Below, piece by piece: positions 41,216-50,401 of a DNA stretch of 59,725 nucleotides. The notes under the pieces are model-generated. The model searched no databases, was not told the origin of the DNA, and was given only the letters and a program-made list of their open reading frames with translations. The stretch lies in NCBI GenBank assembly GCA_050298595.1, contig JBNKUM010000041.1, positions 1 through 59,725 of the forward strand, given 5' to 3'. The DNA comes from Gammaproteobacteria bacterium. GTDB taxonomy: Bacteria > Pseudomonadota > Gammaproteobacteria > GCA-001735895. Positions within the stretch are counted from its first letter, which is position 1, and each line of letters begins with the position of its first letter. Made by a program: the position numbers and the translations under genes.

Positions 41216-44044
41216 TTAAATTTTGTTATCGGTAAATACTTTGTTCCAGCAAGACTTCACCTGAAGGATCTCCTGTTTAACTTCCTGAGATGCTATTTCG
41301 GGTGACAGATTCTGTAACACTCGAGTGTGTAAACACTTGTGGAAGGTTTGATAAATTTGTCCTAGTTGCAGAAAGTCATCATCAGCTAATCCCAGTCGAT
41401 GCAACTCATTTATCAGCCCGATATTATCAGTACTTTCACACAGGCTGGCAAATTTATTTGCATGTAAAAGTACCAGATACTGCACCATAAATTCTATATC
41501 TACCATACATCCACGCGAATGTTTAATATTGATGTACTCTTGTTCGGGAGGGTTTTTGACCTGATACATTTTATCGCGCATGTCTGTGATAGCCTGTGCC
41601 AGCTTTGTGGCATCCTGTTTCTGTGTTAGTACAGATAGTCTGGTAGTTGAGAAATCTTGCACAATGCAGCGATCTCCTGCAACAAATCTGGCGCGTATAA
41701 TGGCCTGATGCTCCCATACCCAGGCTTTTTCCATCTGATAATGGTGATAGGCTGAAACCGAGGAAACCAGCATGCCGGAGGCACCGTCCGGACGTAGCCT
41801 TGTGTCGATTTCGTAAAGTTTACCTGCGGCGGTCAATAAGCTGATCCTGGAAATGATTTTCTGCGCCAGCCTGGAGAAGAAGGTTGCATTGTCGATCTCT
41901 CTAGGGCCGGTCGTGAGTTGATTTTGCCCGCTGGAATTATGTAGAAAAATAATATCCAGATCAGATTGATAATGCAGTTCGAATCCCCCTAGTTTACCGT
42001 AGGCAATGATACCGAGGGCAGGGGTAGTAAGTTGATCATTAATCAGGCATTGAGGAAGTCCATATTGTTTTTCCAGGGTAGAAAGTGATAACTCATACAC
42101 GGCCTGAAGCAGAATCTCGGCCAGCTTACAGAGATGATGAGAAACCTCTTCAGTGTTGATTTGCTCTGCTATTTCGGCGGTTGCAATGATGATGGTTTGC
42201 TCACGCTTAAACTGACGTAGCACGTCCAGTTCCATCTCTTCATCACCAGCGACATTGCTTAGCTGTACCGACAAAGCCTGTTTGAGCAGGTCTTCATCAA
42301 AACGCCTGTCCAGGTGTTCTGGGTAAAGTAAGGATTCGAGCAGTATCGGATGACGGGTAACTTCACTGGCAATCCAGTTGCTGCTATCAAACAGGTGAAC
42401 CAGTTTGATCAATAGAGGAATATTCTGAAAAAGCAGTTCGAAATAAACGCTACGACCAGCAATAGAAGACAACAGGTTCAGCATTTTATCTAATAGCTCG
42501 CTTTGCTGCCTATGCTCCGTTACCAGCTTGAGCAATTCTGGGAAAAAACTACGAAAGCGTTTTTTTGCCTTATCAGACATGTACATCAACGCTTTAGATT
42601 GATAGAAGCTTATCAGCTTTTGATGAATATCCTGAGTATCAATAAAACCCATTTTTGTAATGGCAGTCAAATGATCATCCTGATCCATTTCATCCAGATG
42701 GATTTCGGGAGAATGTGAAGATGGCCGAGATTCATCTTGAATAAACAGCGCAGCAAAGATTTTACTGACGGTCTGCTGTTGGCTATCCAGTGTGGACTTT
42801 AGTGCACCCCAGTTGTCGAATCCTGTTAGCAGACTTATCCTGTCCAGATAATTCTGTTTGTCTGGAATGTTGTGCGTCTGCTGATCATTGAGCATCTGGA
42901 TGCGGTTTTCCAGCAGGCGAAAAAAGTCATAGGCCTCTCGCATGATGTCAAGGGTGGGCTGATCGGTGATTTCCTGAACAGATAATATGTTTAAGGCCTT
43001 ATAAATGCTTGGTGTTTGCAATTGGTGGTTTCTGCCGCCTTTTAGAATTTGAAAAGCCTGTACAAAGAACTCTATTTCGCGAATGCCGCCGCGTCCAGTT
43101 TTGATATTATGTTTCTGGTTGCTGCGTCTGGCTTTCTGATCGATTTTATTTTTCATCTGGGCCAGGCCCTCGAATACGCGATAATCGTGGTAACGCCGGT
43201 AAACAAAGGGTTTAATAATAGAGCTCAGATATTTTTTATCACTTTCCGAACCAGTGATAACGCGAGCCTTCACCATCGCGTATTGCTCCCACTCACGACC
43301 ATGCAACTGGTAATAATGTTCAAAGGCATGATGACTGAGAACGATGGGGCCGGAGTCACCCCAGGGCCGAAGTCTTAGATCAACCCGGTAAACAAAGCCA
43401 TCTACCGTCCTGTCATTGAGTAATTGAGTGATTAATTTAACGACATTGGAAAAAAACTGGTTGTAACTGAGTTGGCCAAAACCTTTTAGTTGTCCGTCCT
43501 CACTATAGCTGCAAATCAGGTCGATATCGGATGAAAAATTCAGCTCACCACCACCCAACTTGCCCATTCCTATGATATTCAACTGCATCGGCTCGCCATC
43601 CTCATGTACAGGCTGACCATGTTTAGTACTGAGTAATTGTTCGGCTTTGTGTTGAGTCTGTTGGACAAGACAGTCGGCAAGCTGAGTCAAATGCAGCAGG
43701 GTATCTTCGACAGTTTCATTTTGGCAGATATCCAGATAGATAATCTCTACCAATTTCTGATGCCTGAACAGGCGTAACTGTTTTTTGATTTCATCCAGAT
43801 CCTGCAGCGACTGCAGGCAATTCTCTAACTGCTCTGGATTGAGTTCAAAGTGCTGACAGTCTTTCAGGCTGTCGAGCAACTGGGGATATTTGGCTAATTG
43901 GGCCGTTGCGTAGTTACTAGCGAGTGCGACCTTTTTTAAAGATTGATTAAATTCAGGGTCCGAGAACTGCTTGTTGACCAGTTGTTGCTGTAACTGTTCC
44001 CAGTGAAACAGGTCGGGGGCGATTAGCGTTTCAAAATTGAGCAT
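41216..44044 (-). CDS. glnE: Glutamine synthetase adenylyltransferase/adenylyl-removing enzyme
   Basis: GMGKLGGGELNFSSDIDL and YGKLGGFELHYQSDLD; RVDLRLRP; YEIDTRLRP. Confidence 0.95.
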   Translation of the reverse strand: MLNFETLIAPDLFHWEQLQQQLVNKQFSDPEFNQSLKKVALASNYATAQLAKYPQLLDSLKDCQHFELNPEQLENCLQSLQDLDEIKKQLRLFRHQKLVEIIYLDICQNETVEDTLLHLTQLADCLVQQTQHKAEQLLSTKHGQPVHEDGEPMQLNIIGMGKLGGGELNFSSDIDLICSYSEDGQLKGFGQLSYNQFFSNVVKLITQLLNDRTVDGFVYRVDLRLRPWGDSGPIVLSHHAFEHYYQLHGREWEQYAMVKARVITGSESDKKYLSSIIKPFVYRRYHDYRVFEGLAQMKNKIDQKARRSNQKHNIKTGRGGIREIEFFVQAFQILKGGRNHQLQTPSIYKALNILSVQEITDQPTLDIMREAYDFFRLLENRIQMLNDQQTHNIPDKQNYLDRISLLTGFDNWGALKSTLDSQQQTVSKIFAALFIQDESRPSSHSPEIHLDEMDQDDHLTAITKMGFIDTQDIHQKLISFYQSKALMYMSDKAKKRFRSFFPELLKLVTEHRQQSELLDKMLNLLSSIAGRSVYFELLFQNIPLLIKLVHLFDSSNWIASEVTRHPILLESLLYPEHLDRRFDEDLLKQALSVQLSNVAGDEEMELDVLRQFKREQTIIIATAEIAEQINTEEVSHHLCKLAEILLQAVYELSLSTLEKQYGLPQCLINDQLTTPALGIIAYGKLGGFELHYQSDLDIIFLHNSSGQNQLTTGPREIDNATFFSRLAQKIISRISLLTAAGKLYEIDTRLRPDGASGMLVSSVSAYHHYQMEKAWVWEHQAIIRARFVAGDRCIVQDFSTTRLSVLTQKQDATKLAQAITDMRDKMYQVKNPPEQEYINIKHSRGCMVDIEFMVQYLVLLHANKFASLCESTDNIGLINELHRLGLADDDFLQLGQIYQTFHKCLHTRVLQNLSPEIASQEVKQEILQVKSCWNKVFTDNKI

Positions 44045-44066
44045 ATGGGCCAATACTGTTTTAGTT

Positions 44067-44085
44067 GCAAATGAGAAAGATTATT
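44067..44085. promoter_or_regulatory. Fur box
   Basis: GCAAATGAGAAAGATTATT resembles GATAATGATAATCATTATC and lies upstream of a Fe3+ ABC operon. Confidence 0.7.
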
Positions 44086-44162
44086 ATTTACAGTAATAGT
44101 AAGTTTGATTACTATGAAACAAACTTTAATCAACTTTCTGGATTATATAGGAGACTCTCACT

Positions 44163-45176
44163 TTGAGACTAAATCATCTGACTATCTTTATAGCGCTAAT
44201 GTTTTCATTCAATGCGCTTGCTGCGGAAGTGAATATCTATTCCGGGCGCAAAGAAAACTTGATTAAACCATTGCTTGATCGCTTTACAGCCGAAACCGGA
44301 ATAAAAACCAATCTGGTCACAGCGGGTGCCGATAAGCTGCTCACACGATTGAAGAGTGAAGGGCGAAATACCCCTGCCGATGTTTTCATAACGGTAGATG
44401 CTGGTCGGCTTTATCGAGCTAAACAAGCAGGAGTGTTTGCCAGTATTAATGATGAAGTACTCAACGCAGCAGTGCCATCGCATCTGCGCGACCCTGATGG
44501 TAACTGGGTTGGATTATCACAACGTGCGCGTGTGATTTTCTATGAAAAAGGCCGAGTTAAACCCGCTGATATTACGCGCTATGAGGACCTGGCTTCGGAT
44601 AAGTGGAAACGCAAGGTCTGTATTCGTGGCTCGGATAATATCTATAATCAGTCTCTGGTAGCCGCAATGCTGGCCGCCGATGGCCCACAGGTAACCGAAC
44701 AGTGGGCGAAAGGCCTGGTCAGCAATATGGCTCGTCCTCCGAAAGGGGGGGATCGTGATCAGATCAAGGCCGCAGCTGCCGGACAGTGTGATATAGCTAT
44801 CGCCAATACCTATTACTACGGCATGATGCTGACCAGTAAAAAAGACCCTGCTCAAATGAAGGCAGCGCAGGCCATGGGTGTTATCTGGCCTAATCAGCAA
44901 GACAGAGGAGTACATGTGAATATCAGTGGTGCAGGTATTACTAAACATGCGAAAAATCCTGAAAACGCACTTAAGCTGTTACAGTTTCTGGTGAGTCCGA
45001 AATCACAAAAGTGGTATGCTGAAGTTAATTTTGAATACCCGGTGAATACAAAAGCTGAAATCAGTAAGCTGGTAAAAAGCTGGGGTGATTTTAAATCGGA
45101 TAAGTTGAATCTGGATGTATTGGGTAAAAATAATGCCGAAGCGGTTCGTATCATGGATAGAGCTGGTTGGAAATAA
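44163..45176 (+). CDS. fbpA: Fe(3+) ABC transporter substrate-binding protein (FbpA/FutA)
   Basis: Signal peptide; NIYSGR, ITVDAGRL, NIYNQSL, GGDRDQI, ANTYYY; TTG start with ggag RBS. Confidence 0.9.
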   Translation: MRLNHLTIFIALMFSFNALAAEVNIYSGRKENLIKPLLDRFTAETGIKTNLVTAGADKLLTRLKSEGRNTPADVFITVDAGRLYRAKQAGVFASINDEVLNAAVPSHLRDPDGNWVGLSQRARVIFYEKGRVKPADITRYEDLASDKWKRKVCIRGSDNIYNQSLVAAMLAADGPQVTEQWAKGLVSNMARPPKGGDRDQIKAAAAGQCDIAIANTYYYGMMLTSKKDPAQMKAAQAMGVIWPNQQDRGVHVNISGAGITKHAKNPENALKLLQFLVSPKSQKWYAEVNFEYPVNTKAEISKLVKSWGDFKSDKLNLDVLGKNNAEAVRIMDRAGWK

Positions 45177-45215
45177 ACTGCTTTTACCATTGTTGATCGC
45201 TCAAAAGGTGCTTTT

Positions 45216-46865
45216 TTGATTGGCTTTTTAGGACGCTCATGGAAGCACAGCATCATAGGAGTAGCTCTGGTGCTGAGCATTCCAATATTAACTGTCGCCA
45301 GTTTTATATTTCAGCCTTCAGGCGATAACTGGGCGCACCTGAAACAGACAGTGCTGCCCGAATATCTGGCAAACTCCGCAATACTGGTGGTGGGCGTCAG
45401 CATTGGCACGTTGCTACTCGGTGTGTCTACTGCCTGGTTAACCTCAATGTGCCGGTTTCCGGGAAAACGCTGGTTTGTGTGGTTATTGTTGTTACCGCTG
45501 GCCATGCCTCCTTATATCATCGCCTATACCTACACAGGTATGTTTGATTTTGCAGGCCCAGTGCAAAGCATGTTGCGCGAATTGACTGGCTGGGGATATG
45601 GTGATTACTATTTTCCAGAAGTTCGCTCAATGGCTGGCGCAATTACCATGCTTTCACTGGTACTCTATCCCTATGTGTATCTGTTAGCGCGCTCTGCATT
45701 TCTGGAACAATCGGTGTGTGTGCTGGAAGTCAGTCGCACACTGGGCTGCGGGCCATGGTGTAGCTTTTATCGAGTGGCCTTACCGCTCGCTCGTCCGGCT
45801 ATAGTTGCAGGCTTGTCGTTGGCACTGATGGAAACCCTGGCAGACTATGGGACCGTTTCCTACTTTGGTATCGGCGTTTTTACTACGGGTATTTTTCGCA
45901 CCTGGTTTGGTATGGGCGATCAGGTTGCTGCCGCCAGGATGGCAGCATTATTATTGATATTTGTGTTTACACTGGTTGTCATTGAAAGGGTTTCGCGCAA
46001 ACAGGCAAAATATCATCACACCACTAATAAATATACTCAGCTGCCGGAATTTCAGCTTATCGGTGGCAAGGCTGTGCTTGCATTCCTGGTTTGCCTGTTA
46101 CCGCTATTGCTGGGTTTTCTAATACCAGCCGCTCAACTGAGTTTCTGGGCTGTGTTAACCTATGAAGAAATGGTAGACGAGTCTTTTTTTACTCTAACAT
46201 TACATACTGTACTGCTGGGGTTATCCGCAGCCATGCTGTCCCTGATTTTGGCAGTCTTTCTTGCCTATGGAAAACGCATGCTGTCAGGACGCTCGGTAAC
46301 GGCTGCAATCAGGATAGCGGCAATTGGCTATGCAATACCCGGAACAGTAGTAGCGGTAGGGGTTATTATTCCTTTCGCCTGGATGGATAATCAACTGGAT
46401 GAATTTATGCGGGCTCAGTTTGATATTTCTACCGGGCTGATTTTTAGCGGTACGCTGTTTGCTGTTATGTTTGCCTATATGGTGCGATTTCTGGCGGTCA
46501 GTCTGCAAACTGTTGAATCGGGTTTGGGGAAGATAAAACCGTCTATGGATGAAGCCTCACGTTCACTGGGTTATAGCCCGCGCGAAACGCTTTTTAAAAT
46601 TCATATGCCGTTGATGAAAGGGTCTTTACTGACTGCCTTGCTAATCGTTTTTGTTGATGTGATGAAGGAGTTACCCGCAACCCTGATTCTTCGACCATTC
46701 AATTTCAATACATTAGCCGTACGTGCATTTGAACTGGCATCGGATGAACGTCTGGCGGATTCTTCTACAGCAGCATTGATGATTGTACTAGTCGGCCTGT
46801 TGCCGGTAATCTACCTGAGTCAATCAATCGCCCAATCAAGAGTTTCTGGGGCCTGTAAACACTAA
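45216..46865 (+). CDS. fbpB: Fe(3+) ABC transporter permease
   Basis: LYPYVYLLAR, METLADYG, KELPATLILRPFNFNTLA; last codons and stop come from the MITE left end. Confidence 0.9.
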   Translation: MIGFLGRSWKHSIIGVALVLSIPILTVASFIFQPSGDNWAHLKQTVLPEYLANSAILVVGVSIGTLLLGVSTAWLTSMCRFPGKRWFVWLLLLPLAMPPYIIAYTYTGMFDFAGPVQSMLRELTGWGYGDYYFPEVRSMAGAITMLSLVLYPYVYLLARSAFLEQSVCVLEVSRTLGCGPWCSFYRVALPLARPAIVAGLSLALMETLADYGTVSYFGIGVFTTGIFRTWFGMGDQVAAARMAALLLIFVFTLVVIERVSRKQAKYHHTTNKYTQLPEFQLIGGKAVLAFLVCLLPLLLGFLIPAAQLSFWAVLTYEEMVDESFFTLTLHTVLLGLSAAMLSLILAVFLAYGKRMLSGRSVTAAIRIAAIGYAIPGTVVAVGVIIPFAWMDNQLDEFMRAQFDISTGLIFSGTLFAVMFAYMVRFLAVSLQTVESGLGKIKPSMDEASRSLGYSPRETLFKIHMPLMKGSLLTALLIVFVDVMKELPATLILRPFNFNTLAVRAFELASDERLADSSTAALMIVLVGLLPVIYLSQSIAQSRVSGACKH

Positions 46866-47177
46866 TTTTGATTGTCACTGTTATGACTAAAATACCGCCA
46901 ATCTAGGCGCGAGGAGAGAGGTTTGGTTACTCCAAATAAACGACGAGCAAAGCTTCCGCTCCTGCTCACGCACCTTACCTACTTCCATGTAGGTAACAAC
47001 GAGTGGCGGTATTTTAGCCATCACCCGAAGCACCCAAAGGGCATAAAGGCTGGGACCATTTTTCCTCCAGCGGCGTTATCAGTCGCTTATGTAGAACAAC
47101 TACACAGCGCTCCTTCTGCCTTGCTGGAAAAAAAATGGTCTCCAGCAGTGTCAATCAAAATTAGTGTTTACAGGCCC
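46849..47177. mobile_element. Non-autonomous MITE (~329 bp) with 32-bp terminal inverted repeats
   Basis: GGGCCTGTAAACACTAATTTTGATTGTCACTG (46849-46880) versus reverse complement of 47146-47177, one mismatch; internal long hairpins; no transposase. Confidence 0.88.
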
Positions 47178-47182
47178 TAGTC

Positions 47183-48235
47183 ATGCATCGTCTTGAAGTC
47201 CAGCAAATCAATGTCAGTTATGGCAGCATACAGATAGTGCATGATCTTTCATTTAATCTGGATGAAGGACAAATCAGTTGTCTGCTGGGTCCCAGTGGAT
47301 GTGGGAAAACCACAGTTTTAAGAACGATAGCCGGGTTCGAACGCCCGACTTCAGGCCGGGTAAAGATAAACCAGCAGGTCGTTAGCAGTGGTAAGCATTT
47401 TTTGCCACCGGAGAAACGTCAGATAGGCATGGTGTTCCAGGATTTTGCGTTATTCCCCAATATGTCAGTAGCGGACAATATTCGTTTTGGACTCAAATCC
47501 TGGTCATCCAGAGATCAACAGGCGCGTATTGGAGAGCTACTGGCGATGATAGGCATGACCACCTTAGCCAAAGCATATCCTCATCAATTGTCTGGTGGAC
47601 AACAACAACGTGTTGCACTGGCTCGGGCTATGGCCCCTAAACCATCCATCCTGTTACTGGATGAGCCTTTCTCCAGTATGGATGTAGAATTACGTGAGCA
47701 ACTGGCACGCGAAGTTCGTCATATCCTGAAACAGGAAAATATGACTGCTATACTGGTCACGCATGATCAAAATGAAGCTTTTGCCATGGCCGATGAAATC
47801 TGTGTGATCAGTGAAGGGCGCATTCAACAGATTGACTCTGCCTATAATCTATACCATAAACCGGATAATCGCTTTGTCGCTGATTTCATCGGTGAAGGGG
47901 TTTTTCTACCGGGCATGGTGGTTGGGGTTAATACTGTGAATACCGAGCTTGGAAATATCCATGGTTTTGTCCCTGAAGGCTGTAAACCGGGTTGCTATGT
48001 TGATGTATTAATTCGTCCTGATGACATTGTGCATAACGATGAGGCAACAGAACATGGGGTTGTCGTTGAGCGAGCTTTTCGTGGATCGGATTTTCTATAT
48101 ACCCTACGCATGTCTAGTGGAATAGAAGTGTTATCACTAGTACCCAGTCATCACAATCATCGAGTGGGTGAAAAGATAGGCATTCAGCTGGAGCTCGATC
48201 ATCTGGCGGTGTTTCCACGTGATCGCAATCCGTGA
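47183..48235 (+). CDS. fbpC: Fe(3+) ABC transporter ATP-binding protein
   Basis: GPSGCGKTT, LSGGQQQRVALARA, LDEPFS; C-terminal TOBE-like region. Confidence 0.9.
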   Translation: MHRLEVQQINVSYGSIQIVHDLSFNLDEGQISCLLGPSGCGKTTVLRTIAGFERPTSGRVKINQQVVSSGKHFLPPEKRQIGMVFQDFALFPNMSVADNIRFGLKSWSSRDQQARIGELLAMIGMTTLAKAYPHQLSGGQQQRVALARAMAPKPSILLLDEPFSSMDVELREQLAREVRHILKQENMTAILVTHDQNEAFAMADEICVISEGRIQQIDSAYNLYHKPDNRFVADFIGEGVFLPGMVVGVNTVNTELGNIHGFVPEGCKPGCYVDVLIRPDDIVHNDEATEHGVVVERAFRGSDFLYTLRMSSGIEVLSLVPSHHNHRVGEKIGIQLELDHLAVFPRDRNP

Positions 48236-48251
48236 TCTTTTAAGAATTATT

Positions 48252-48282
48252 GAACCACGAAGGACACGAAGAGCACTAAGGT
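48252..48282 (+). repeat. 9-nt-period CACGAAG-type short repeat
   Basis: CACGAAG (48256), CACGAAG (48265), CACTAAG (48274); degenerate copy at 48944-48974. Confidence 0.55.
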
Positions 48283-48342
48283 TAAATTGTGTAGTTGCTG
48301 TGTTATAAAATTATGATGTCCTGTTCAGGCGAGTTAATCAGG

Positions 48343-48753
48343 TTAGAACAGGCTTTTAAAGGTTTTAACCAGTAAATCAAAAATACCAGGTTTAACTTTC
48401 TTATGGTATTCCTTACGCAGCTCATCAACCTTTTTAAGTTCTTGTTTGAGTGAGGCAAGGTTAGCATCCGTTGCTGGGGGCAACTTGCTGACAATCGCCT
48501 GCACTTTATCTAGCCCCTCCAGAGATACCTGTGCATATTCGGTAGAAAAATCAAATTCCCTGGCTATTTGCAACTCGCTTAAGAACAACTTAATTTTTTG
48601 ATCAAACTGTTCTGGCGATGTGGCATCAATCGCCTGTTTGTAATGCAGGCGCATCTCTTTCATGGTTGGTTTGAGTTCGCCTGCTGTAACTGGGTTTGTC
48701 AGTAATAGTCCCAACAAGAGGGCGGTTAGTAATATTTTTAACTGAGTAATCAT
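48343..48753 (-). CDS. cybC: Soluble cytochrome b562 family protein
   Basis: Signal peptide; Met early in the mature chain (LKPTMKEM) and His in RKEYHKK, as for b562 haem ligands; helical pattern. Confidence 0.75.
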   Translation of the reverse strand: MITQLKILLTALLLGLLLTNPVTAGELKPTMKEMRLHYKQAIDATSPEQFDQKIKLFLSELQIAREFDFSTEYAQVSLEGLDKVQAIVSKLPPATDANLASLKQELKKVDELRKEYHKKVKPGIFDLLVKTFKSLF

Positions 48754-49085
48754 AGACTTATCAAATACCACAGCTTCCCGAATAATGGGAGCCGCTCAAA
48801 CAATGTGAAACTACAGAACCTTTCAATGGCTTTGCAACGTTATTATTAAGGGCGGCATTGTACATGGCGCTCAGGCACTTGAACAGGCTGTAGTAATTGG
48901 CGATATTTATTGACGATAAACCCTGGTGGCTTTTAGATATTTTGAACCGTAGAGGATGTAAAGAACTCGAAGGTGATAATGTTTTAGCGTTGAATTTCTG
49001 AACTCAGACAGACATTCTTTTTATTTTTGACCTAATAATTTTGTGTTTACCATCAGGTGATAGCTGTAAAACGAGTAGGTATTCC

Positions 49086-49123
49086 CCGCGCTTTTTAGCG
49101 TCAACGGGAGCGCATTGTTATAA
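49086..49123 (-). other. Truncated attC site (left half only) of the dgkA cassette
   Basis: Minus strand right after the stop: TTATAAC AATGC GCTCCCGT TGAC GCTAAAAAGC; L' and R' halves are missing. Confidence 0.6.
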
Positions 49124-49126
49124 CTA

Positions 49127-49516
49127 TTATTGATCACGCACAAATTTTAACAAGTAAGGTAGTAATACAATTGTTCCTATTATGATTGAACCAATTGCAC
49201 TTACTAGAACTGCACCAGCAGCAACGTCTTTGCTTTTTTTAACTACAGGATGAAATTCTGGTGAAGCCACATCACATAGTAGTTCAAATGCTGTATTCAA
49301 TGCTTCGGCAACCCATACCATTACGATTGCAAGCACTAAACAAACCCACTCAGCCGCTGTTACTGAAAAATAAAAGCCCGCAAATATGACAAACAATGTG
49401 GCGGCTAAATGAATCCATGCATTGTGCTGTGTGACGAGCACAATTTTAATGCCATTGATTGCATGGCTAACGCTTCTTATTCTTCCAGAGAATGAAAATT
49501 GAGTTTCTTTATCCAT
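49127..49516 (-). CDS. dgkA: Diacylglycerol/undecaprenol kinase (DgkA family), gene cassette
   Basis: HNAWIH, AEALNTAFE, KKSKDVAAGAV; three TM segments. Confidence 0.9.
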   Translation of the reverse strand: MDKETQFSFSGRIRSVSHAINGIKIVLVTQHNAWIHLAATLFVIFAGFYFSVTAAEWVCLVLAIVMVWVAEALNTAFELLCDVASPEFHPVVKKSKDVAAGAVLVSAIGSIIIGTIVLLPYLLKFVRDQ

Positions 49517-49523
49517 GCTTTAG

Positions 49524-49583
49524 TTTTTACTATACCCATAAACCACTCAGTTTTATCGTGTCGGTCTCATGGGCTGGTTATAC
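49524..49583 (-). other. attC site (60 bp) of the SuFu cassette, core mutated
   Basis: Minus strand: R'' GTATAAC, spacer CAGCC, L'' CATGAGAC, loop, L' GTTTATG, spacer GGTATA, R' GTAAAAA (GTT changed to GTA). Confidence 0.75.
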
Positions 49584-49586
49584 GCT

Positions 49587-50315
49587 TTAGAAAATACCAT
49601 AGCGCTTCCTGGCAACATTCTTGCGTTTAATATCCACAATATCGTTGATCCCATACTTATCGAATTTGTCCAGCAAAGCATCTGTACCCTTATTAAGTTT
49701 GAGATTCATTTCCTCCTCGTACAGGGGGACAATGCTGAAAAATTCTATCGATTTATCTTCATTAATGCTTAAAGTATAGAATTCATCTGACACGACTACA
49801 GAAGGAAGAATTATCACCCCGCTCAATAGCGTATTATCTGCAAATTGCTCAGAAGGATCTCCATTAGGTATTGTATGCCCCCAACCCAGCCATGTTTCAT
49901 ACTTGTGTGGAAATCTGGCCAGGTATTTGAGTTCTCTAACAGGCCAATACCAGTTCTCGTCTTCAAATGATTTCTCATCAATATGCCATGATTCCGGTAG
50001 TGTTACCATAAGTTCGGTATAGCGTGGTGCCTCAATACCATCAGGCAATGACATTGGAAGGTCACTCATACCGGATGTTACTAGAGTATGGAACGGCCTT
50101 TCAGGTGTTGGCTTAACATGGTGAACATCAATATGGACGGTATCTGAGATAACTTCATGGAAAACCATGCTTATTTCGCCAATGTAGTTTTCTATATGAT
50201 CGGAAATCTCTTCGATGCTTTCTTCTCCATGAGGGGTTTCCCATTCCTTTTCACCATCTGTGTATCTAAAGATTGGCGCCCCAGACATTGAAACCAGATT
50301 ATCTTCCTCGCTCAT
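49587..50315 (-). CDS. Suppressor-of-fused (SUFU) domain protein, gene cassette
   Basis: VFHEVISDTVHIDV, TLVTSGMSDLPM, WLGWGHTIPNG, PLYEEEM; ggag RBS before MSEEDN. Confidence 0.85.
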   Translation of the reverse strand: MSEEDNLVSMSGAPIFRYTDGEKEWETPHGEESIEEISDHIENYIGEISMVFHEVISDTVHIDVHHVKPTPERPFHTLVTSGMSDLPMSLPDGIEAPRYTELMVTLPESWHIDEKSFEDENWYWPVRELKYLARFPHKYETWLGWGHTIPNGDPSEQFADNTLLSGVIILPSVVVSDEFYTLSINEDKSIEFFSIVPLYEEEMNLKLNKGTDALLDKFDKYGINDIVDIKRKNVARKRYGIF

Positions 50316-50336
50316 TAATTTCTCCATATTGTTTGC

Positions 50337-50401
50337 GCATACAGTTGATTATGTGGATGACACGTTAATTATATGTTGCTGGCATAAATATTGTGTTATT
50401 A
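50337..50401 (-). other. Degenerate attC site upstream of the SuFu cassette
   Basis: Minus strand: TAATAAC ACAAT ATTTATGC ... ACATAAT CAACT GT-ATGCGC; the R' side complements the cassette's own R'' (GCGTATAAC). Confidence 0.5.

Noticed and set aside
46923-47180. 85-aa ORF between fbpB and fbpC
   Set aside because: Lies wholly inside the MITE; no protein-like features
48295-48348. TTCTAAC at the b562 stop and a nearby TATAAC as possible attC starts
   Set aside because: No matching L'/R' half found, so b562 is not called a cassette
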